Source of the DNA: Catajapyx aquilonaris
Lineage: Eukaryota
NCBI GenBank assembly: GCA_000934665.2
Contig: JYFJ02001977.1
Location: forward strand, 1 to 64,000
DNA length: 64,000 nt
Direction of reading: 5' to 3'
The notes beneath the pieces are model-generated. The model saw only the letters and a program-made list of their open reading frames with translations. It did not search any database and had not been told where the DNA came from. Position 1 is the stretch's first letter. Every line of letters starts with the position of its first letter. The position numbers were made by a program, and so were the translations under genes. Positions 38,538 through 49,996 of this stretch are shown one piece after another.

Positions 38538-39230
38538 TAGTCTGGATTTTTAGGCAAATGCCTATTTAGTTTCTTAACAGTTGGGATGGTTTTGTGAAGA
38601 GATCTATCCGTTTCATAAGTGCAGGATGTGGAGAATGTAGGTTTTATAGTGCCTAAAATTGCCTATTTCGTGGTTTTGGGAACTATTTTGCCTATTCTGG
38701 CTTTTTGTGACTTGTCATGCCTATTTGGCCTTTTTTGGATAGTTTTTGAACTTTTTGAAGCAATTTCAGGACTTTTGGGCCGATTACGGACCTATTTCTT
38801 GAAAGTCATGTTCGGTTTTTATGCGGAGTATTTTTTGTGCTCCTGAAAGGACCAAAACCGTTCAGAAGTAATACAAATCATGTTTCCGTTACGCATATGC
38901 CAAGTATTTTTTAAAATTTTCCTCTGATTGTTCCAATCAGAGGTAAATTTAGAACAATATTTGGCAACATATTGTGCACGTGGAAAGTGAAGTGCAAGTG
39001 GTACTTGCTTGCACTTCGTGTCTTTTGCCCAAGTTTTGTGATTTTCTGTCAGTTTATCGTTATTCGGTTTTTTCCTCGATTTGTGACTTGAGGCATATAA
39101 AATTATTCTACCTTTTTAATTTTCTGTAACGTTATCCTCTATACGCCCGAAAAAGTAAAAATTGTGTGCCTTTTTGAGGTTTTTTCGCGCCTATTTCAGG
39201 GGTTTTTTGTGCCTAAAAATCAGGACTCTA
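38538..39230. mobile_element. Non-autonomous TIR DNA element
   Basis: The ends tctggatttttaggca and tgcctaaaaatcagga are inverted repeats. There are many subterminal gcctattt motifs and no credible ORF. Confidence 0.65.
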
Positions 39231-39256
39231 GTAATAAACTATTATTATTATTATTA

Positions 39257-39762
39257 TTGGACCAGGTGGGTCAGTGTCTTAAGGGTGTTGCTAGTGTTAA
39301 GCCGAGACGTTCATGTGTCAATAGGACCATGGACGTGGCTGAGGCTAAGGTTGTTTGTTTGGATAGGTGTAAATGGCGTAGGTTAATTAATGGGTAAATA
39401 GGTTTGAGGATAAGGCTTCCTTCGCTCCGGCGAGTAGAGGGGACGTCCTTGGCGGGGTCGATGAGGTGCAAGGGTGGTGCCATACACGTCGGCGTGGCCA
39501 GGGCATCCGAAGTAGTGGCTGGTGGCGAGGGGGCTTGATTTGGTGAAGTACCGTATTGCATAGTGTAATATTTAAATTTAAATATTCAGTGTCTGTCATC
39601 TGAGATGGGCAGGGGTGGGGGGTGGGACGGGTTGTTTATAGGTTTATTTTCACAAGTTTTAATTTTGGGTTAGCTTGTGTCTCCCTTCATCGCGTTGTGA
39701 TGTTGATGATGATGACGACGATGATGATGATTATGATTATGATTATTATTATTATTATTTTC

Positions 39763-39800
<38 letters not shown>
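39257..39800 (+). mobile_element. 5'-truncated RTE-clade LINE: ORF C-terminus, 3' UTR and (TGA)/(TTA)/(TTG)n tail
   Basis: Encodes LDQVGQCLKGVASVKPRRSCVNRTMDVAEAKVVCLDRCKWRRLING*, which resembles insect RTE C-termini. It ends in a microsatellite tail and has a related copy at 17852-18029. Confidence 0.8.
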
Positions 39801-40002
39801 ATTATTATACTGTTCCAATAGATCAATCAGTGCAGGAGACAGTGGGAGTTCTTTAATGTATGAAGTTCATTTTTGTTACTGATGGTGACCAAATGAGATG
39901 TCTGGAGTTGTATGACTAGTGAATAGTTGTTTCAAAATCCACAGATGTGAGTTATACATATTGATCCAAAGTTACATGTTGGGCTCTTTGCTCTCCTTGC
40001 AG

Positions 40003-43000
40003 TGTAGTCTGGATTGCTGCCTGACATTTTGCCTTGGCTGCAGAGAAGCAGAAGAAGTGTCTGGATTAAAAATGGATTCTCCTCAAACCCCGTCACAGAG
40101 TGGCGGAAATCTGAGCTCCGAGCTGTCTGTCCTGAGTGGAGACAGTGGTCTGTTCCTCACCAGTGGCTCTGCTTCTAGCACTGTGTCTGACAGTGATGAG
40201 AGTGCTCCTGGGCCAACTGCCTCTGGGCCACTTCAATGCCTAGATCATGCACCCCCTCTGCTGCCAGATGCAGTTGAGGAGGACCAATCCAATTCAGATG
40301 ATCCCTATGGGGAGCAGTTTGACACATTGAAGAAAGCACCAGGAAGACTGGATGATGATGAGGAAGATGATGATGATGATGATGACGACGACGATGATGA
40401 CGACGACGACGATGATGATGAGAATGCTATAGCTCCTCCCCCTGAGTTTCAGGATAGCCCCCCACCATTGATTCCACTTCCTAGGAAGGCTGATCTGGAA
40501 AAATTAGCGGCCCGGCTGGTTGCAGTTGTCCTGGAAGAAGCTTTGAGATTGGCTAGCATCGAAACGTCGTGGTCCATCCCATGCTCCCATGAGTGCCACC
40601 CACGACTGATTGGACATGAGATGGGCCCTTCCTCTTATCGCCTGGGCAGGTTGTGCTGGACCCCAGAGACTTCTTTCAGCCCTTCTCCACCTCGCTCTGT
40701 GACCCCACCCCCAGGCCCTGCCTATGGGCCAAGCCTTGATGAAATTAGTGACATTTACACTGTCCCGTTTGACTCAGACATTTATGCAGTGCCAATTGAC
40801 ATGTTGCGCCCTGGAGAGGGAGATGGGGAAGGCCTTGGGAGGGTAGGCCTTGACAGTGACCATGCCCCACAAAAACCCAGGAGGAGACATCCACGAAAGA
40901 GGCATAGACACACTAGTGGCTCACACATGGAAGTGGGACTGGCGAGTGGGAGGGGCTCCAGGATGGGTGCAGGGCTTTTGGTGGGGCGAAAAGGGTGTCC
41001 ACGCTCCCCGCTGGAAGGGGAGCCCTGCAAGAGGCACAGCATTCCCGCAGGCTCTGGAAGCGAGGAAGGTGGTGTCGTGTCCATGGTAGGAGGAGCCAGT
41101 GGGAGGGCAGGGATGAGTTCTGGGGGAGTTGCGTCAGGGGACAAGGAACCTATTCACATGACTCTTCAGGTCAGTACTGTGCTGGTGTCATATTAATATT
41201 TGTGATTGTCATTTCAATTGAAATTTTCCTGTCTTGCTTGTGTGTAGTTGTGGTTCAGATGCCCAATAGAACCAGGTACAAACACTTGAACTTTTCAGTT
41301 ATTTATATACTTGGAAGGTCTGAAAGGCAGGATCCTCTGATGTGAGTCACATTGGACTCATTTTGTGACATTGGGTCTGCAGTGCTACATACTCATACTT
41401 ACATGCGCACATGTGTTTGTGCTTGTAGTGTCTAACTTTGGAGATGTGGATATGATTACACAATTTAACTAGGGGCAATCTAGGCAATTGATGATGCATG
41501 ACTTAATGTCTTTCTTCATGCAGAGTTATCCTTTGGCAAATTATGGTTATACCAAAGATATCTGCTATATATAACTCTAGATACATAACTGCTAAGAAAA
41601 AGTGATGCCAGTTTTTACATGGAGTTTGTGCCAGTCGCCCAAAGCAAAGATGGCTGCTTTGGGTGACTTCGATCGATCTGCCGTGGTTGCCTGTACGTAG
41701 TTGGGCATTTCAAGGGATGCCCCGCGCCCCTGGACATGTTCCACTGTGGTCTGGCCCATCAGCACAGGGGCCGTCCCTATGGCTGCTTCTGCTGACTAGC
41801 ATCACTTTGCTTGTATGGAAAGGGATAGCGAGTTATGTATCTAGAGTAATATATAGCAGATATCTTTGGGTCATACAGGGCTTCCCACTTGCTACTTTAC
41901 CCGGCATTTCTTAACTTTAACTCGAATGAAGATATCACAATGGAATTTGAACTGAACTAACCTCATCATGTGAGAAAGGAAATGGCATCACAACATGTGG
42001 TTGAAATCGGTTGGTTCACCATTGCGTCCAGGCAGGCCTGAACACGGTGCTCCATATTTTGGAAAGTCCTGGCCAGCATGTCCTGAGGCACTGCGTAACT
42101 TTCTTGAGTGACGTTTTCTTTCAAGGCGTCGATGGATTGTGGTTTGTTTCGGTACATATGCCGCACATCACATATCAGCATGGCCAAAATTCAGTCCTTT
42201 TTTGGCGACTGAGTCATTTTGAAGGGCCTTTGCCCTTTGGTCACCGTGGTCACCCGATCTTAAGCTGCCTGATATGGACCTTTCTGAAAAGGTGAGTGTA
42301 CTAAAACAAGTCACAATCCATCGACACCTTCAAAGGAAACATCATCCAAGATATTCAGGCAGTTCTCAGGAAGTGCTGGTCAGGACCTTCCAAAACGGCA
42401 AATGTGGAGCATCATTTACAGGCCTGCCTGGACGCAAATGGTGGCCACTTCAACCACATGTTGTGATGTCATATTTCCTTTCTCACGTAATGAGGTTAGT
42501 TCGGTTCAAATTTCGTTGCGATATCTTCAGTTGTGTTAACGTTATTAAAGAAATGCTGGGTAAAGTAGCGAGTGGGTCACCCTGTGCAATATTCACTGTG
42601 TTATGGCCAGTGTCACTGAGCAGGCTATGTTACAAACCCGAGTTTCTTTTCGAAAAGTCCTTATGTTTGGTTTTTGTCAACAATGGTTACTATGACAATT
42701 CTTGTTATAACCGAGGCTCTAAATTATAACCTGCTTGGTGAAACCGGCCCTTAATGGGAAAATACTGTATCTCAAAAGTAATATTTAAATCTTGTTGCAT
42801 AGGAGGTGCGGCAGTATCTCCAGACTTTGTATGGAACCGACGAGGTCCCAGACTCCCCTCAGACATCTCCATGCTTGAACAGGAGGGCACCTGACTCCGG
42901 TCCTAGCCCTGCTAGGATTAGCATCAACAACAAGAACAACAACAACAATAACAGCACCAACAATAGAATGAACCAGAACAACAAGGGTGGTGGTGAAGGT

Positions 43001-44522
43001 GGAGCGAACAAGACTCCCAGACGAAGCCCTCTCTTTCTGGGTTTCAAACACCGCAAATGCAAAGCATCGTCTGAGGGGGAGGAAGGTGCATCTCAGGTGG
43101 CTCAAGGGCAGGCGCACGGGCAGAGGTCTGGGGAGCAGCAGCACCAGCGTCGCAGCCTGTCTTCTAGTCTGAAGCAGACCCTGTGTAGCTGGTTCAAACC
43201 CAAAGTTCACTCTTCCCACCAGAAGGAAGCACCACTGCCGCCTCTTCCGCAACTCCGCCCCTTGCCCCTTCCGCACCCAACCTCCCCGACTGCCCAGTCT
43301 CCAGACTCTGCCCCTTCACCCATCCAGGCGACACCACCAACCACTCCTACATACCACTCTATACCTCCCCCTCCACCACCCCCACCCCCACCACCAATTC
43401 CATTCGTGAGTGCAGGGGATGAGTCACCCAGTTCTGAACCTCTGACACCCCACAGTAGTCCTTCAGGGGCAGTCCTCTTGCCCCCTCTTCCACGCAGGGC
43501 TCTCCCACCCCTTCCTTTGGACGGAGTGGAAGAAGTGGGTGAGGCTGATGGGGAGGCCAAGGAGGAGGGAGGAGCTGAAGGAGAAGAGGAAGCGAGCATG
43601 GATTTCGCATCAAGCATTGAGAAAGTCAAAGATGTTAGTATTTTTTTATGCAATGATTTGCTAGGAAGCTACACTTTATCTGCATTTGATATTTGATCAC
43701 ATTCATAAGAAGGTTGCAACAGAAATAGATGATAAATAATTGTTTTGGTACTCAATCTATACGCAATTTCCCAGATAATTTTCGGGAAATATATATTAGT
43801 GTCTGAATACTTTTAGCACAAAGTGTGAAGCAAGAGTTCAATTTTTTCTGGAATTTCCTTCTGTGTTTTTCACCAACATGTCCAACTATTTTCAGTATGG
43901 ATGGTATTGGGGCCCAATATCAGGTGAAGCTGCAGAGAAGATTCTTGGAGGAGAGCCCAATGGCTCATTCATAGTCCGGGACTCGAGTGATGACCACTAC
44001 ATCTTCTCACTAACTTTCAAACTGAATGGGTTTGTGCGCCATGTGCGTATTGAACATGACCAAGGCAACTTTAGTTTTGGCTCCTGCACCAAATTCAAGA
44101 GTCACACAATTGTGGACTTCATCGAGAATGCTGTGGAGCATTCCAGGAGTGGCCGGTACCTCTTTTTCCTCCACCGCCGCCCTGTCTTGGGGCCCATGAG
44201 GGTCCAGCTGCTCCATCCAGTGTCAAGGTTCAAGCAAGTGCAGTCCCTGCAGCACATGTGCAGATTTGTGATTCTCAAGCTCGTCAGGAGGGATTTGGTG
44301 ACGTCTCTGCCCCTGCCTAAGAGGCTGCTGGACTATCTTAGCACTCCACACTACTACTCAGAGCAGTTAGGTGCTGAAGAGGAAGCAGCAGCCACTGCTC
44401 AGGCAGGGCAAGATCAAGGGCAGGAACAGCAGCAAGACCAGGAGCAGGTGCCAGGTGATCAGGATGAAGATCAGGATGTGCTTTTGCTTTTAGGCATCAC
44501 TGATGGGGAGAGTCGATCCTGA
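40003..44522 (+). CDS. SOCS7: Suppressor of cytokine signalling 7-like (SOCS16D class), SH2 domain plus SOCS box
   Basis: Exons 40003-41169, 42803-43633, 43896-44522, all phase 0. The start is either the ATG at 35827-35829 spliced to 40003, or the ATG at 40072. Motifs: HMTLQ|EVRQYL, SH2 (GWYWGPISGEAAE..GSFIVRDSSDDHYIFSLTF) and SOCS box (VQSLQHMCRFVI..LPLPKRLLDYL). Confidence 0.93.
41553..41868. mobile_element. MITE with ~38-bp TIRs and 8-bp TSD (P- or hAT-type)
   Basis: TIRs caaagatatctgctatatataactctagatacataact / agttatgtatctagagtaatatatagcagatatctttg. The flanks GGTTATAC and GGTCATAC match at 7 of 8 positions. Confidence 0.85.
41876..42584. mobile_element. Tc1/mariner-derived palindromic element made of two 3' ends
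   Basis: TA|cagggcttcccacttgctactttaccc ... gggtaaagtagcgagtgggtcaccctg|TG. Both arms carry transposase C-terminal remnants (YRNKPQSIDALKENV..RVQACLD on the minus strand; PWSPDL and ACLDANGGHF on the plus strand). Confidence 0.85.
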
Positions 44523-47500
44523 TTTTTTTTATTAATTTTTTTTACAAAGGAGAAGTGCAACAGATTAGGTGCTGGTCTTCATTCTTCTTAAGTTCAAATG
44601 TGTAAATAATGCCCGAAATCCAGAGTAAAGGTAGGGAGTATTGTTTCGTTGTGCAAAGGTTCATTAAGAGTGTACTTGATTCCAGAACCAGTTGCGTCTT
44701 CTTTTAACACCTTTCCACAGGGTATTGCTATACGTATTTGGTATAGGTCAAAATTTATTTTACTGAAGACTTAGAGAAGAGAGTTTTATAAGAATTGTGT
44801 TGTGCCATTTACTGGAATTACACTTAAATCTTATTGGCACAGCAGATGGCTTTATAGCATTCATGAAAGGTCAGATAGCATACCACCCCATTATAAAAAA
44901 TAACTCGAGAGTTAATAATGGTGATCAAACAAAAGTTTACATTATCAAATAGTGAAACACATGGAAGTACTGCAGCATGTGGATTTTCAAATGCTGCAAT
45001 TTTTCTCTGGGTTTCCAAAAAATGTATCTGCCAAATCAAAGAAATGCTTCTAAGATTTTCAATATGATGATAAGGCCTGGTTGCTTATATACGAATTAAT
45101 GAAAATAATACCTCCAATTAGGTGTGATGTGAATAATACATAATCAGAGATTACTTATGATTTTCATGGATTGTCACTGATACAAGCCGGCCTGAGACTT
45201 AAATGAGATTATCAGATTTTCTGCACCACATCCATAATTTTATGTAAATACCGGAGCAGAACACACCTGAAATCAGAGGCATCAATGGGAAACACTGCAA
45301 AGATGCTATTCAGATTTTGTCATTTTGTACATAAATTCCTTCCCAATGAAAACTGTATCCAGAACACCTGCTCTTGTCAGATGTAGTCTTATTGTGTTCT
45401 CTGTATTTCCCTGACCTTATTTCTGGTTTCTGTCACCAGCGCAAGGCCTTTCTGTTTGGAGGGAGATATATCTATGGAATATTGCAGCAGCTAAGAGACG
45501 GGCTTGACTGTCCCTGATCTGCTGCAAAGAAAAGTTAATCCCCTTTCAATGCTTATGAAAGAAATGCTACTGATGGACCTTCATAAGTGGGAGTAAGTTC
45601 CAACGTATGACCTACTGAAAATGCAAGTCAAAAAATAGTACCCTCATGGAATATTTAAGTTTGGTCAGTAGGAATACCCAAGTTAATCGATATATTGCGG
45701 GAATAATTCAGTGATTTTTGGCAAGTCTTTGATGAATTAAAAAATCATTTGACAAGGTTGAAAACTGATGTTGCAGTTTCCTAATTATGATATACCCAGA
45801 AAGTTGTTGAATGTGTGCAATTTGGGAGGCAAGAAATGTCCCATGAACATTCTTGAATCAAAATAACATTGAAGGTGCAGTGTTTAGACTAGTTCATTAA
45901 ATGCAGATACTTTAAAAGAGTCCCCGCCACCTGTTGGAAAGGTGTTCAAGAGCAGTTACAGTTTTATTGTTGAAGCATCACTTTGCCATGACAAAATGGT
46001 AGTGCAATCCAGACGGTGGGGTGGGAGCATATTAAGGAAACTGATCAAGCCATTTCAATACTTATTTTTAATGTTACCAGGTTTATGGAGTTGACATCAC
46101 AAATCCGGCAAATGAGACACTTAAACAGCTCTCATTGCCATGTTTTCGTAGAAATCAACCCTTTTGGAACTGTAAAACTAAAACTTTGACTGAAAATAGT
46201 GCCTCAAAAGAACTAGCATGTTTCAGGTGATAGCTTTAGAAATCATCTCAAAAAATAAATAAAAAAACTTAGTACCAAACCAAAGATCAAGGGAAAATGT
46301 CCATAAGGATATTTTTGAAAACACTTTTGGCCCGAAAAATTCTTCACTATATGTGGTTCTGGATTAATGAAGATCAGCACTTAACTGGCACCCCAAGATC
46401 TGAAACATAATGTGAATGACGCTCACTGGACTGGTTAGGACCCATCTACACAATGGAGAAAAAAATCAACTGAAATACATGTGTGTGGAAGTGCGGAGAA
46501 AGTGAATGACAAACTAGTTTTCTAATCATTCGTAGCATTGGAACCATTTGATTTCTTGCTTGGCACAGCATAACTACAGCACATTATCTTGAATTTATTT
46601 TTTACTAGTGTATATTCCCCTCCCCCCCTTCTCCCATGGTGCTTTTCTTTTTGTAAATCCCTGTCCAAAAGAATGGCTCAACTATTTATTTCACAACTTG
46701 AGTATTGTGTGAGTATATGTAAAATTGAATGTATGTATGGGCACGTATGTTCTGTGTACAAGTGTGAATGAGCGTATGTACCATGCATATGTTTTTTTGA
46801 GTAGCTGCCCGAATCATACCAGAAACAATATCCTCCCACAAAAGATAAATCTAATTAAGAAAGAGCTTAAAAGACGGGACCAAAGGATTTCATGTCGACT
46901 TTAGAAACAGAAAAAACGAGGTAAGTGGAACAAGAATCGAGTGAACAATGTGCCCCTCCCTCATCCAACTCCCCAAAAAATAATGCACTGGCAAAAAAAA
47001 AAAGAATAATAATTGTAAATGTATCCCAGAAACCAGATGGATGTAACATCACTGTCATCAAATTAATGCACTTTTGTAGGGAAAAAAATTAACTCCTCCC
47101 GTTTCCTGAAAATCAATTGATTTCAAAGGTACCAAAAACTGGCCACTTGTGCCTGTAGCGTAGACTTTTGGTGCGTGATTGTGAGAATGAACTTTTTGAA
47201 CCCTGTTTTGTTGACTTATCTGTTCATTTACTGTCCCTTTTTTTTACTGTGTAGCTACTCATCATTCTGTACATGTCTTCCAATTTGCACTCAAATAATC
47301 AAGCCCAGAGATAAGAATTGGGGGCATCAATTCATTTGGGGAATTTTTTCTTGGTGGCAAAATTCTGTTTCCTACCTGTAATAGACGTGTAATTTTTTGA
47401 CAAAGTTGAAATTGTTCGATTTTGCTATCCTTATTTTTTGTACAAGTGCAGTTTTTTTTCTTGAACCCCACCAAAGTAGGCAGATAAAATGTGTGGCCCA

Positions 47501-47758
47501 TAAGGTTGACGTTTTTGAACAGTTGATATGGAATTTGGCTTTTATTTGCATCACCTGTTTCCCACCCTTTTTTTTTAAGTTGTTACATTTGCTCAGCAAA
47601 ATGAAGGATGTTGGAAAAAAAAAAGAGAATGCTCTAACTCTTCAAGATGTGATCTCCACAGCGTATATATACATGTCAGGATCCGTACACCAACAATAAC
47701 CTCCCATTTCATCAGTCTTTTTGTTCACTTTTTTCAGCCAATAAAAAAAAGGTCACGA

Positions 47759-49575
47759 TTAGGGCAATGGCAAGCCCAATGTTTTTCGAACAATCCTTGT
47801 TGCAATGCGATTAAACTCATCTCGGTTTTCTCGCCACATTTTGGCAGCATCAACATTTGCTCCACTCTCATCATTGGGCTCTGGAAAAAAAAAACTGAAA
47901 TTTTGAAACAAGTTGAGACAAAATGATTGTGCAAACTGTTCCTTACCAGCCAGCATGCTGATAACTGAAAGCAAGATCTTTTCCACTGACTGGACAGGAC
48001 TCCATCTCTCAGCACTGGATTCGTATCCCATTGGATCATCTCCCGGGGCATGCAGGATCGATATGCAGACACGCCCATCAGGATAAACTGAAAAATTGTG
48101 GACGTTAATCATGGAAGTGTGATGGGATGAGGCGACACTTACTATTTGGGTGGAACATGTCACAAGTGAACTGCATTTTTGGCGGACTCAAAGGGTAGTC
48201 GGGAGGGAAGAGCAGCTTGGCGGGAAACACTCCACCTTCAAAGCACGTGCCCTCTGGACCCCTGGTAAAGAAAATAAGTAAAGGGTGCATTGAAATTAAA
48301 ATCACAAGTATCCTTGTCAATCTGACAAAAGGATGAATTCAACATTTTTGCTAAAATCTTATTTTGGGCTCTGCCAGCGCCCTCAAGTGTTCAGTCACAT
48401 TCTGACAAAATGCTGAACCCATGAGACAAATGGCGGCACAGTTAGAACGGAAAATCAAAACGCCATCCTATGTATGTATAGCAGTTTGCTCGTTTGCAGG
48501 TTTCTTTAGGCTCTGTAAAATTATGAAAATGTTGAATTCGCCTCTTTTGTCAGATCAATGATAATATGCACTAACAATGACGCACCAACAAAAATTCTTA
48601 ATTTGCGAATTATAACAGCTGGAACCCCAAATGGATTGTAGAGGTAATTAAATTTCACATCCTCTCATCTTTAAGGAACAGCCCAGAAAGCAAATGTACA
48701 TTTTTGTACCAATTAGAAGCAGACAACACAGGAAATTAGAATGAGTAGTCATATTGACATTCTGCAAAACACTATGTGCACCATACTAACATTTGAAGAC
48801 TGTGGGGGAAAAACATGATAACTGACATTTTTGTCATTTTTTACCTGAACACCTAGCAACTATGTATAAGACATGACAAACAGTTTGGTATACTCCAAGT
48901 TCATGTATCATGCATGAGACGGCCACACGGACTAGATCACAACCAGCATTCCCTATGATTTGTTAAGAAAATTCAAACTTCAATTCGCTCTCCTGAAAAA
49001 TTACTCTTTTGTCAGTTATCACGTTTTTCCGCCACAGCCCTCATTTCATTTGATGTAAAACTCCACTTGCATTACAAATTATGCCAGATACTGTTCGATG
49101 TCAAGAAAGACCTCTTTGCTAACTGGGCTGGTTACGAAGTACATCGATTTACACAGCAAGCATTACTGATAATTGCAGCCTGTTATTTCATGATGAGAGG
49201 TGAGCAATGACACAGCACATACGTGATGAGAGCTTCCCACTCGAAGAAGTTTTCCTCGTTGACCGGGCCAGCTATTATTCCTTCAGGTGGATTCAGCGTC
49301 AGTTCTGTGGGCGATACGCAGCATAAGTCAATGTATGAAAGGGCAATAAAATAAAATAAGTTCAATAAAAAGTAAACAATGCTGTGTTGCGATTTGCATC
49401 CTATGAAAATTCAGTCATGCTCATAACAACACTGCCGCTCGCAATGTAATATTGTGTGCCTCCCAGACTATACGTTTTTAAGCTCTTCAAGAGGAGTGAC
49501 ATGCAGGTAGGACTAGCTGAAACGGTACATACGCTTGTACTCTGCCATCAGCCGTCGCAAAGCTGACCCTGCCAT
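47759..49575 (-). CDS. UBE2G2: Ubiquitin-conjugating enzyme E2 G2 (Ubc7), 168 aa
   Basis: Exons 49575-49533, 49304-49223, 48261-48143, 48087-47947, 47880-47759. Reads [24 protein letters not shown]...[46 protein letters not shown]. Confidence 0.98.
48315..48560. mobile_element. MITE in UBE2G2 intron 2
   Basis: Terminal inverted repeats atctgacaaaaggatgaattcaacatttt / aaaatgttgaattcgcctcttttgtcagat. Confidence 0.7.
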
Positions 49576-49996
49576 CTTGGTACGTGTTGTACTTCTCTTC
49601 TATTGAGGCCACTCTCTGACCTTCAAAGGCCGCAGACATGTTTGAACTCCCCGCTCAAACCAACCAATCACACGACATCAGAGCTCCAACATGGCGCCTT
49701 CAACCAGAAATAATTAATTATTCACATTTTTAACAGTTTGCAACACATTTTCATAAGCCAATCATTGTTTTATTACATTTAGTAACTATATTAATTAAAT
49801 GTAGTTATATTTTCGTTGATTTAATTGTCCGATGGTGAGGTCCTCTGTCGGTGGCCGCAGCAGGAGTCGAAAAAGGCGTTCGGCGTCCCAGCACGTGGTT
49901 CGCGTCTACTTCCACTTCGCTTTGCTTCCGCGAGCCCGCCCCTGGGCCGCCCCCAGGCGTGTTGAACCCAGCGGACGCCACCTGCTGACTGCAGCC
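49576..49996. promoter_or_regulatory. Bidirectional UBE2G2/NOP58 promoter
   Basis: About 420 bp separate the divergent ATGs. The interval is CpG-rich, with CCAAT at about 49664 and YY1-like CAACATGGCG at about 49687. Confidence 0.7.

Noticed and set aside
39622..39882. Hydrophobic poly-M/I/L ORF
   Set aside because: It is the translation of the retroposon microsatellite tail.
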